IMG/VR virus record: IMGVR_UViG_3300032292_000909
Span: 1-40,795 of that record
Length of the DNA stretch: 40,795 nt
Origin: a virus
Taxonomy: Duplodnaviria > Caudoviricetes
Reading direction: 5' to 3' (one strand)
The first letter of the stretch is position 1; each line of letters starts with the position of its first letter. The translations under genes were made by a program, and so were the position numbers. Shown one piece after another: positions 8,576 through 21,300 of the stretch. The notes below the pieces were generated by a model. The model was not told the origin of the DNA and searched no databases. It saw only the letters and a list, made by a program, of their open reading frames with translations.

Positions 8576-9181
8576 TTATGCGTTACTACTTAGGTTAGTT
8601 AACGTTTGAATGCGTAGAGTATAATCAATTTGAATTTGTCGATTTAAGCTTTTTTGTACTGGGTGGAAGATCACATGAGTAATCAAACGAAGATCGGTAG
8701 CCGATCCATTCCAAGTCTTGAGTCCCAACTCGTCAAACACATATTCACCACTAAAATTGGTGCTGTTATCAAATGCCTGTTGTCCGGCTGGTTCGCCATA
8801 ATCCAACAAACAAGTTACTAAAATATCACTGTAAAATTTACCAGGTGTATGCAAAACTGTCATTTTATTGTTGATAGGATCTGCATTGTCAACGCTGTTA
8901 TCATCAACAACCTTTTGATAGGTTTGATTATACAAGCTGGCATTTTGTCCCACAGTATTAGGTGGCAAATAAGTGATAACACCCGTGGGATCCACCGAGC
9001 TACCACCGTTACCAAATGCCATCTGATAGATATATCCAGTATTTCTATCAGCAAGTGTTTGTGCCATGCTCACAGAAATGTTTTCATAGTGAATGGCATT
9101 CTTTTTATCTACAAAAATTTCCCCGTTATTTGGGTCGTAAATTTTTAGAAAACCTTCAAATTTCATTGGAACCTGTATCAT
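8576..9181 (-). CDS. Probable baseplate or tail structural protein (201 aa)
   Basis: Beta-rich ORF (MAFGNGG, FDELGL, IQIDYTLRI) between the giant wedge protein and the fibre gene. ATGA overlap with the micro-ORF. Confidence 0.65.
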   Translation of the reverse strand: MIQVPMKFEGFLKIYDPNNGEIFVDKKNAIHYENISVSMAQTLADRNTGYIYQMAFGNGGSSVDPTGVITYLPPNTVGQNASLYNQTYQKVVDDNSVDNADPINNKMTVLHTPGKFYSDILVTCLLDYGEPAGQQAFDNSTNFSGEYVFDELGLKTWNGSATDLRLITHVIFHPVQKSLNRQIQIDYTLRIQTLTNLSSNA

Positions 9182-9333
9182 GCTCTCCCCTCCACAAAAG
9201 TTTCCTTGCTTTTAGGGTCAAAAATACGCATAAATCCTTCAACATGAACTACTCCCCCATCATTGGGTCGGCGTTCTGGTGTTTGTTCCAATTTCTTATC
9301 AACGTTTTCTGGTTGTGTCTTGATATTTTCCAT
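9178..9333 (-). CDS. 51-aa micro-protein (not in ORF track)
   Basis: MENIKTQPENVDKKLEQTPERRPNDGGVVHVEGFMRIFDPKSKETFVEGRA*. It fills the gap, follows GGTAAATA, and its TGA overlaps the next ATG. Confidence 0.75.
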   Translation of the reverse strand: MENIKTQPENVDKKLEQTPERRPNDGGVVHVEGFMRIFDPKSKETFVEGRA

Positions 9334-9340
9334 GATACGT

Positions 9341-9348
9341 TATTTACC
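9341..9348 (-). promoter_or_regulatory. Putative late promoter (GGTAAATA)
   Basis: Intergenic TAAATA core 7 nt upstream of the ATG at 9333, preceded by a T6 tract. Confidence 0.55.
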
Positions 9349-9366
9349 TTAAAAAATGCCCATGCT

Positions 9367-12300
9367 TTACAACTGTCCACGATCGCCACGTAAGAATCGA
9401 GCAGCAACAGTGGTTTGCACTTGCAATGGATATCCATTGCTTGCAGTATTGGGACCTGGTCGATACCATGAAAGACTTCTCAATACTCCCAGCGTTACTT
9501 CAACTCCCGGATCTGGATAGTCATAGAATGTTATAGTTGCAGGATTTGGACTATCAATAGTGTACAGGGTTGATGGTACATACTCCCCGCCAAGATATAC
9601 TCTTAATGCTTCGTTATACTCAGTACTATCAATATCTAACAAATTGACATTGGGTGCTGAATATGTTCTTTGCTGGAATCCTGACAACGTGCTAGTATAT
9701 ATAAATGTATCTTCGTACCCTTCAGTTAATACACTTTCACGCCCCATGCTATAAACGCTGGCACCGGGCAAATGATCTGCTGCTGCAGTACCGGCAGTGC
9801 CACGCAATAATCCAGATAAAGTATTATTTTCAAGATCACGTTCTCTGTACATAATACGTTCACCGTTGATAGTGACCACTCCCCAGATGTTCTGAGACAG
9901 CGCAGGAACGCTACATGCACCAGCGTCTACCACATATAAAATATCATCATCGTAAGATGCAAATTCTCTTAATTCAGTTGTAGTTGATGGCAGTATTCTA
10001 TAGGTGGCCTGCAGTCCTCTCATGTCTTGGAAAATGCGGAAAGCCAATGCTTCTGGGACGATTGCATTAGTAAACAATGTTGCAACAACCACATCAGTTG
10101 GGCCAATAGTAAATGGCAGTACAAGATATGTGGTACCATCTTCTTGACTCAATGTATAGTCTAAACCGTTGAACAGACATTGTCCATTATAAGATACAAT
10201 CATTCGTTGATCAACTTGAAACACTCTATTCAAATTAAAATCATTGTAAGCTAGTATTACACCTTCGCTGTAATCATAACTTCCAGGTTCTCCGGTAGTT
10301 GATCCAAAATCAAATGGGTAAGCATCAAATTTTTCATAAGCTACACCACCGGTAGTAATTGGGCCAGCCCATACCAATTGAATAATACCTTGCTGGCTGG
10401 TGTCATTCCAAGTAGTGACAGAAATTATATCACCGGGCTGTAATCCAAAACTACCTGATGGTCTAAAGGTTATTTCAGCATCGGCTATGACATAATCAGC
10501 TTTGGTATTGACACAAATCAGAACACGAGCACCAATAGTTGGTACATAGGTTAAAAGCACAGATCTTCTACTGAATCCGTCCCATGGTACCACAGTGAAA
10601 TCACTGCCCAGTACTTGTGCAACGTCGTCAACATATACATGAACTTCGTTGTCTGCAATCAAGCCCTGACTGTACCCACCGCGATCAGGTAACAAGAACT
10701 CTGCACTAGAACCGTCGCCATACCATTCAATACCTTCTGATGGTCGTATTTCAATGCCATTGACTGTTACGTAGGCATTGTCTATGTTAGACCCAGGCAA
10801 CGGATTTGTCAATTCATAAGTCAAGACCGCAGCAAATGGTGCTATTGGTGGTACAACAATGATCTGCGTTTCAGGCAAACTCCAACTGTGTTGCGGAGTT
10901 TCGTAGCCCATAGCAGTCAATGTTATTGCATCTGCACTGGTTAAGATTATATTAAATTCTACCAACGTTGCAAATCCTAGCAATGACGAATATTCATAGT
11001 CAGTGCCTTCAACCAGCAAAACTCCGTTGACAAAAATAACTAATTCATAAATTTCTGCATAAGCCACTGAGATCTCAAGTCTTAGGCCTACATCGGCACC
11101 ATTGTAATTGGCCTGGAGCAGTTGATTTCCACCGCCAACTTGGTACACTGTAATGATAAGAATGTCACCAGCTGATGCTGCCATTGGTGAAACTGTGACA
11201 GTTTGATTTACATAGTCAACTGAAAATTGTTCGCCGCCGCCAAGATTGTACAATACCAATCCAGTGGTGGCATTGCTCATACGCACTGCACTGGGGTGAA
11301 GAGTATTGATATTGGCTGTTAGCCCAATTTGGCTCCAGTCTATTGTGGGGTTCTCAGGATCATATTCAGCACGTTGTTGCAAAATAGCAAAGCCATGTCC
11401 GCTGCTACTCCAGTCTGATCCTGGTCGAGTATAGACTCTAAGATCCAACGTATCAAATTCTTGTCCGGGCACTAGTTCTTGTGGAGCGTGACTTGAGTAA
11501 GTGTCAACAAATGCACCGCCACTGACATTGACATCATCTGGACGAGTTCCAAGATATACATCTAAGAATTGGCTTTCGTATTGTGCGTCAAGGATAGTGT
11601 TGCTGTAGGTTGGACGACCTTCTGGCCCAAAATCTATGTTGTCCCACGGTGTTGCATCAAAAGGACCATGGTCAAATCCAGTGTCGTATTCGAACGGTAC
11701 ACCTGCTACCTGTACGCCTGGATAATCAACTCCGTCAATTAACAACGGCAATTCTCGTCCTGGTTGATTGACTCCGGCAACATAATAGCCCATAGTACGA
11801 TCAACACCACTTAAATCGTTAATTGGTACCAGTATCCAATCTGCAGGATCAAAAGTAGGTGTATTGACACCGGTACTGTCAGGGCTATCAGCGGCCCAAA
11901 TCTTATCAGCATAACGAACTAACTGTCCGTTGTCAAATGTAATGTTGGGTTCCCACTGTAAAATATTGCTTGAATATTCGCAGCGGTCAAATTTAATGGT
12001 TGTTTTTATACTTCTGATCAGTCCATTAGTCATGTAAGCCACTGCACGGGCTCCAGTACCATTGCCGCCAATGATTGTGACCACAGCCGATGTAAGATAT
12101 CCCACACCTGGATTTATCAAATTAATAGTGGTCACAGTGCCAGCACTATCAATACTTGCAGTGGCCACAGCCGCGGTAGTTGCATCACCAGTGATATAAA
12201 CAGTTGGAGACGAAGTGTACCCCGATCCACCATCAATGATAACAATTTGTTCAACAAACAACTTGTAGTTGCCAAACCATTGATCCCAAGGATTTGTTTG

Positions 12301-15300
12301 CCAGATAGCAGCATTGCTTGGGAAATAACTAGTCCCGGTTTCAGAGTTTGATAAAATTGGACTTACATATTGTGCTGGTGACACCGCAGTGTCGTAGAAC
12401 GCCGGTAAATCAAAATCAGCAATGTCGCCAGTATAGAGGTCAAATCCGTTGTAGCGCAAATTAAATTCTCTAATTTGCACATGATATGGTTTGACTTCGT
12501 TTAGATAGTCAAGCACAAAGTCTTGATTATCACGACGATAAGTTGGGTATGGCAGCAGTTCACGGATGGTGTGATCAACATCAATTAAACTAGTTTTCAT
12601 TAACCAGTCTGGTGCCAGTTGTTCGGTTAAAATAAAATTGAACATCAACGTCATGAGTGTGTTGCGTTCAATCAACAACTCGTCAATAAACAATTCTTCA
12701 TTGATACTTTGAATAATTTTACGGGTTTCAATTTGTGGTGTTTCATCAAAATACTGCGCATCAAACACTTCACCATCAAAGCCCAATTTACCTTCGGCAT
12801 AGTTCCAAATACCTGTGGAAATTTGAATAGTACCGTCTTGTAGGCCCACACGCTGCCAGCCAGTGTCACTGAGCTGATAAATTTCAAATTTTCCTTGGCT
12901 ATTGGCTGTAACCAACACCACTGTGCCCACAGGGACCACCAATGTAATTAATTCAGCATAACTTGCAACTTCAATACTAGGCGCAATGGTTTGATTGAAT
13001 CCTGGAGAATACCAATTGACATAGCTCCAATAGGCCTTGGTATCATAACTCTGCACTCGTGTCAATACCAACCGTCTAATTCCAACACTGTTGGCTTCTA
13101 CAGTATAGATTGTCCAGAGGCCGCTGTTGTCACTGTCACTTAATACCAAATAATTGTAACCCAGTGGCACAATTAAAATGTTTTGCCAGCTGAGTTCTTC
13201 TAAGTTGGCCACGGCTTCGTTCCAATTTCCGGCTGCTGCAGGAATTGGTTCTTCGCTTTCTAACAATGTAAGTGTGCGACTTTCTGCAATAGGATACAAC
13301 TGCAAAATATTGTTGGTGTGGGTTATGTAGTTTTGCAGAGCAAGATAACGATTTACAAACATTGATTGACGAGGTCTAAACTGAACACCATAACGTTCAG
13401 CAGGACTTAAACCTACATCAGGCACTGCGTTTCCTTGTAAATCAACTCCACAGAAACTATCTTGTAATTTGCGATACAGAGCCGGTGCCAAGAAGCTGCT
13501 TGCTTTTCCTTGTGCCAACAGTTGGAACTCTGTGTGTACATTGGCATCATTGATTTCTCTATCAAACTCAATATGAATAATTGTATCAAACGCATTAAAA
13601 TAAGTCTGAGAATTATAAATTGCGATACAACTTGGTGTCAATGGTGCAATATAAGGAATTCCACTGGCAATTGGAGCTTCAATGTAACGAGCCAACGCTT
13701 CAACACTCAAAGTCTTTTTAGTGGCTGTGCTGACTGTGGTGATTCCTTTGACCCAATAGTAATAAGAAGTTACAAACGCACCTGAACTATTGAGCGTTGC
13801 ACCTACTGAATAACTTAAAATTGAATATGGATTGCCCAGTCCAGTATAATCCGCTGGTGGAACATCGCTCTCAATCCATTGATAAACATCAACACTGCTG
13901 CCAGGGAATACTTGTCCCCAACGACGACTTGCATACACTATGTCATCTTGTCCTGGATCAACAAAACGCACTGAACTGGTATCCCACCATATGAGTCCAA
14001 CTTTTGATCCTCCCCAGGGATTACCTTGATTATTAAAATTACCATTGTTGTAGCCAGCTGGATCAAAAGTACCAATATAGTCAAGGTTTTGTTTTACCGC
14101 ACCAAGAATTTTTCCTTGTAACGGATCAAAGAAATCAAGGAACTGTGTTCGGGCACTCTGTAATCGATCATACAAAGTTACAGAATTGATAGCATAGATG
14201 TTGACTGCTGGTGCTTGATAATGTCTGATTGACCAAGCCGGGTCTTGATTGTTGTTTCTGTATACTGTGATAGCTCCGTTATTCAACACACCATCAAATT
14301 CTACACCAGGTGATCCAGCCATCAGTGCTGTAGAGGTATAATTTACTGCTTCACCAAATTGATCATTGGTTTGAGCGTTGCTGTAATAAATTTGTTGTCC
14401 ATAGACATAAGCACCAGGATTCATGATTGATTCATTTGCCGAATTCAAATAATCAAACTGATACACTACCCCAGCCATGTCAATGTCTTGATAAAACTGT
14501 GTGCTGTTGGCGTCAAAGTAAGTATCACCACCATCAAATGTTTCAATGATATGCGGAGTACCACCAGGGGATCCAATAATAAGCTCTAGTCCCTGTGTGA
14601 ATATTGATGCGCCAAACCGAGCCTGATCGCTGATATATGGGCTTACTAGAGTCTGGGAATACACAAAATCAATGAATCCCAGTGCTGTATAAACGCTGGT
14701 TACACCGGTACCTACTGCCCCTGGCAATACCAACAACTTTTGATAGGACGTTGCAGCAGTTTTATTGATCAAGTCAATAGTAATCAATCCTGATGATGCC
14801 GACACTGCGGCAATGACGTTGGGAATACCAGCAGCATTGATTGCACTGGCCAGCCCGGAAACATTGTTATTTGGACTTGCAGGTACTGCAACTTCAAAAT
14901 TATTAATACGCAAGGTATTACCAGCAGTCAAACTAGGTGATGCCACTGTGCTAGTAATTGTTCCGTATAGTCTTGACTGATTGAGATTGACATCAACCGT
15001 TCCTTGCTGCTGAGCATTGATCGCAGCCGAGGGCGATGACGCTATGGCATTGCTGTCAAAAAGTCCAAATGTTACCTGTTGACCAAAATACGCATTTTCT
15101 CCTGTGGTGTGCGACACAATTTTTTGAACCTGGGTAAACAAGTTTGTCTCAACATCAACTACGGTACCCAAGTTAAGTTGTTGATTTACAGTTACACTGG
15201 ATGCAGTGGTAAATATGTCACCAGCGTAGTTCACTGTAAATGTATTGGGCACATCGCCCCACTGAGCAGTGTTGTTAAAATACTCTCCGTTGACAGCAAC

Positions 15301-18300
15301 AGAGGTTGGATATGTCAGTGATCCGTTGACAGTAAATGTTGTTGTGTCAGCTATTTCATCAACTATGAATCTCTGTATGTTTCTGTCAAACACATACATT
15401 GCACCAGATCTTGATACATTATTGTAGTTTTCGTGGGGTGCACCAACCAACACTTGTGAGCCATCCGCAGAACATGCCACTGAATAACCAAACCGCGCAC
15501 CTAGTGTCAATCCAGAGACTGATATTTTGGCAGCATACGCATAGTACGTACCGGCTACAACAACAATTTCTGCACCAGCTGCTGGAGAAGTAACAAACAC
15601 AAGATCGTAATCATTCAATGTACTGTCTGGCAAACTACTGTCTGATCGTTCCCACTCATAGTCAAGTTTTGGACGTTGCATAGTCCCATTAACTGACACA
15701 GTGAATGAACTGATATTTTCTGCGGTGTAAAGATACTGACTGATTGAAAAACGATCAACAGTTGAAGGTCTTGATCCTGACACAGTAAAGTCAATGATGT
15801 TACCGGCAAAGGTAGTATCTGTAATTGTGATGTAGCAGTTGTTGGCCGGGGTTGACCCACCAAGGTTTGCGCCATAGATAGTTACAATTTCGCCAATACT
15901 GTAGTTGGTACCAGCATTGGCTAGCGTAACAGAATACACTCCGCGTGTGATGTCTACATTAAACTTAGCGTCAAATCCTGCTCCAGTTGCAGCGTCCTGA
16001 CTTAGATCTAGATACTGATAAAAATCTAATTGTACTCGTTGTCTGCGATTAATGTAAACTGTCTGCCCAGGTCCAATCAATTCATTAAAGGTGATATAAC
16101 TCAGAGTAGCAGTGTAATCAAGATTCAAGGTCTGAGGACGATTTTCAACATACACATCAAGTTGATCAACTGAGTTATACTGAATTCCTGTTGTACTAAA
16201 TTTAACTGTTACACCATCGGTTGTATGGGTAACAACTTGTATTGGCACTGGTACTTGACCATAAGCATAAACAGCATTTACACCCGGGGCACCAACATAA
16301 ATCCAGCGTTCGTCGTAGCTTATTGCCACGCTGAATCCAAATTCTCCCGGACCAGGTTGGTCTAATGCCACTAGTAATTGTGAATTACTAAAAGCCTGAT
16401 TTTGTCCGATGTATTCAAGAACTGTGGCATATCCCACATAATTCGCACTGTTGGGAGCTCCGGCTACGCCCCAGGAATTATTGCCAATGACCACTGATCG
16501 TCCATATGCCGAAACACTTGTGGCATTGAGGCTCGTTGTTGAGCCTTCGGCAAACAGACCCAGGGAATTAACTGAATATTGATAAATTATCCCTGTGCTC
16601 AAATATGGTGCAGCCAACAACGACACAATGTTATTCTGTGTCTGCGCTATGGCCAGGCCCCATTGAGCTCCGCTGCCTCGACTTGGATCAATATATTGAG
16701 AATAGGTCCAGGGTTCTTGTTTTTCTAACACAACCCAGTTACCGTCGCCACTGTTGTCAACCCAAACCAAGCTGCCTGTGCGTAGGTCATTCACATGCGG
16801 CAAATTTTCTATGTCGCTTGGTTGTGCAACTCTGACACTTTGTAAAATTAAGCCAACACCGCGTCCAATAATTGATAACTGATTAGTACCTACAAATTGA
16901 TAGACAATAGTAATTGTATTCAATGAAGGCACTGTCAACACTTTATACACACCGTCAACTGCAGTATCAAAGAATTTAATAATAATAATATCACCAACAC
17001 TGAGTTGATGCTGAGTACTAAAATAGACTATAGAAGTACCGTCAAGATTATCTGAGACTTCAGCAACATACCCTGGAATATTGTCGCAGCGATAAACTCC
17101 CCAGTCATAATCGTTAATTTTTGCAAACCAAATATATGTGCCAACGCCAATAATATTGAGTTTGGCGTTGATGTTTGCGGTATTGTCTATGTCAAATACA
17201 GTGATATCAACATCATTTAAATTGACATAACCAGCACTGGGCAAATTAACATCAGATACTTCTACAGTTACCACAGGTAAAATATCTGGCGAAGTTATTT
17301 TATAACTCTCTCTCCAGAGATTGTCAAGATAAACTGTTTGATCTGATTGTGAAAATTCAAAAGGATTGATAACCTGTACTGTGCTGGGATTTGAGGTCAG
17401 CAGAGCTTGATTTAATCGAATGTCAAAGAAGCTGCGATTGGCCTGTGCACCGTAAACCCCTTTGAGGATTGCCCAGTTTTCATAGACCACATAGTTCGCT
17501 GCAACGTTGGTAAAGTTTGCATTACCAAATAAGTCAATGCTGTATTTGGTTCCTTTGGTACCCAAGAATTGCTGATACACATTGACTTGGCTGATGTCAT
17601 CAAGATTAAGATTGGCCATGTACTGGCGCGGTCTAAATCCAATCAAACCAAAACTCAATAAATCTTGATCTCTTTCAAGGTTTGCCGATGACACATTGTA
17701 CGAAGTGCGCAGTTGATTCGCTTTGTTGGCCAGATTTGGCAACAATCCTTTTTGTATACGGTTATAGTCACTGATCAACCAGTCATTGAAATCAAACTCG
17801 GCTTTGGGTTGTACAATGGTTGCTGCACTGTAATAGTTGTTTTTGAACAGTACAATCTGTCCACGAGTGTACTTGACATTTGGTTGCCATTCAACAATGT
17901 TATTTTGATTTAAAATAAATCCCTGAGCGTTGAGTTGACCGTTCCATTCTTCAGTGGTGGCTGCAACAAACAACAATCGACCTTGACGGGCTGCAGTTAT
18001 AGGATCATAAATTAGATCACCAAACACGCTGACATTTTTCAAAATTAAAATTTGTTCATACGCTGTAAATCTAAGATCAATATAGTTGATAGTTTGTTCG
18101 GTGAGGCTGGTGACTTTGAAAGTATTGTCAATACGATCAACGACCAGATTTTGTGTTTCAATTCTTCTGCGATTTTGATCCTGTATAATGGTCAAAGATC
18201 CGCGATCAATGATACTGTCTACCACTGCCTGCTGCCTGGTGACCATCAGTGTAGTTGATGTTGGATTAAGGTTGACAATGCTGCCTGGTCCCCATCCCTG

Positions 18301-21300
18301 TCCACTCCAATACAGGAATTCTTGTGCCATCTGACGCCAACTCAGAGTTAATCCATTTTCAACATCATCAAACACCATACCAAGTTGTTTGAGCAGTTGG
18401 CCATAACTTAAAATAAAGTCGCACACAGCAGTTGCATTACCAAACACATATCCATAGGGAACACTGACAATGTTGTCTGTATAGGTCACAGGAACAGATA
18501 CTGTCTGTCCACCGGCACTGATAGTTGCTGTTTGCCCCGTGGGACGACTTATTAATATATCAAAATAAGGTTGTTGAATACCATAGCCAAACACACTGTA
18601 TCCGTCGGCAACTCGTTGAATAATAATTGAACTATAAACAATTTCGCCAAATGGTTGATTTTTATACAACAGTAAATCGTATCCATCGTCAGGCAACAAC
18701 AGACTGGTATTCACACTGTTGGGACTTGGCTTTTCAATGTACATCTTGATGTAATTTTTGTCTGAGAAGCTGGCCAAGCGATACGCCAGTTGCACTCCCA
18801 AACTTTTGAGTTTGGCACTTAGTTCGTTGGGTGTTGCTGCATTGCCAAGATAGGTATTGTAATCAACGATCCAGTTGATATAACTGGCTTTGCTGGTGCC
18901 AAGTCCATAAATTTCAACATCGCTGGCGCCAATTCTATAACGTCCGTTGTAAAGATACTGATCAAGAACTTCGTTGTATTTGTAGAGATCACGATCAATA
19001 AACAACGAGAAGAATTCAGCAGGTTTGGTCAATGCAAACAACCGCATTATTGTAAATGGATAGCTGGAACTAGTTCTCCAGGCATTTTCAACTGGGCCAT
19101 CGTCGCCGACTTTCCAACTTCTTTGGAACGTAGTTCTTGAATACAATGACACCACTGCATCCAACGGGGATAATAAATTGCCCTGTGCATCAACTGGCAA
19201 TACTTCAAGAAGTTGGGGTCTAGCATACTGTGGTAAAATATAAGCACCGGCAGGGTCGGCCACTCGTCCCAGGCTCAAATCATCCCATAATACCAAGTTA
19301 CCAGACGTATAAGGTCCTTCACCATAGGTATTGGTCCACCAGACTGGTTGATCTGTGAATCCCAGCATCTCCCAAGGCGCGGTGTTGGGTCTATAGGTGT
19401 CGTAGAAATATTCATATATCCCTCTCCAAGCACCCAGCAGAGGCATCCCTGTTAACTTGTTTGAGCTCTGACTATAGTTGTAAGTGAACGGATTAGTTGG
19501 CAAGAACTGTTGCGCAGCATAATCAATCTTATTGGTACCAACCCAAGTCAAGAAATCAATACTTAAAAAATTATTAATTTCTGTCAGAGTGTATTCTGTA
19601 GTACGGAATTGACCCGGGATGACATCAGCAGTTTCAATTGGTATTTTACTGTGTATCTTTAAATTGTTATAGATTCGTGTTTCAAACTCTAACAAAATCT
19701 CATCGCGAATGTCTTGGAATGCCACTGTAATACTACCGTCGTGTCCTCTGATCACCAAGGCCGGAGAAACATAAGTTTCATCTAAGAAAATCGTTGGCCT
19801 GAATGCAGGATATAGACCCATCTTTGTAGGTGTATTGGGAACAAAATTTCCGGTTGTTGTAGAGAACTCTTGGATAGTGACAACATCGCCAACATTTAAC
19901 GGCAACGTCAATGTGACAATAGGCGCATCAGTTGACACAATATATTCAAAGTCTTTGGTCAACAGTCTATCATTGATGTAAATCAACAACCCATAATAAT
20001 TGCTTGACGTGAAATCATATACCCTATTGGTATTAAATGAGTTAGTGCTGATAGGTGTTATGGTGTAGACGTTTTCTGTGTACACTGTACGTGCCGGCAG
20101 CATGTCTGACCAATAGAATGGATTTGACTCAGTGCGTCCGGCAGTTAAAATACTGATAGCTTCGGTAAAAATCTGTGGTACAGTCAGGCTGCCCCAATCT
20201 TTTGAAGCAACAATATCTAATAACTGGGTTTTAAACTTAATGTATTCTCTAGAGTTATAATCAAGTGCGGCAAAAAATTCATAATCTTGATTTCGTAAGA
20301 AATATCCCAACAGTGTCATTGGTGAGCTCTGCTGCAGGATATTCAGCCCGTAGGGTGCGATGTATCCTAGGTCTCGACTGTTGTTGGAACCATTGATAGT
20401 GCCAGAAAAATCCAATAGGTTCTGACAAATTGTTTCATAGTGAGTACGAACAGTTCCCAACGTTATTGTCAAAGGATTTTGATTTAACGCATTGTTTTCA
20501 AGATTTGATGGTATTTGATAAAACGCCACAGGACTTACTTGTGTGCTCAATGCCAACACAATCACTGTGTCACCTATGACGTAACTGTTGTCAAGGTTTA
20601 TAGTTGTTGTCAACGCAGTTGTAGTGTAAGAGTATGTTCCTGGATCTTTAAACTTAGATCCAACGTATACTTTTAAGACTGGATATGTTGATGGCATGTA
20701 TGGGTCAACAATTTGATCGTTGACTTTGACATCTAATAATAACGGAGCGCCAGTGTAGGTGAACTGGAACTGTTGATAAGTTTCGCTTGAGTACGGAGCA
20801 GTGGCCCAACCAATTTGACGAGTAAACACAGTGCGATCAAGGTACCGATGCACAAAGCCCATGCTTATATTTTCTGTGGAACTGATTCTGTTGTTGACGT
20901 AAGTGAATGTATCTGTGTAAAAATTGTTGTCAAAGACAATATCACCAATGTTATTGATTGTTAGATATTTGATGGCAAAGCCCAAGGTAGGATCAGTTAC
21001 CCCGGCACTGTCAATTGCATACGAAAACAACTTGGTTCCGGCAAATGTACTACTTGGATATTTTATAATATCAGACAAGGCAACACCGTCAGCATCAAAG
21101 ACATCAAATAACGGTGGTTGATTGATAGAAATCTTTTCTTGTGCTTGTTGCCAGGTAATGCCATCAAACCAAAAACTTTGTCCTTGCCGTGTGGCGCCGT
21201 TGAGACAAACAGTGGTATCTAAATAGTTGACCTCACCATTGGCCACGGGAGTCAAATTGATAACTGGTTCAGCAATCAGTGGCGATACAGTGTCTGGTGT

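Noticed and set aside
9249-9437. 62-aa minus-strand ORF and 125-aa plus-strand ORF (9016-9393) covering the gap after the giant gene
   Set aside because: The 9178-9333 frame fits better: it has a promoter motif, a coupled stop/start and similarity to the next protein.
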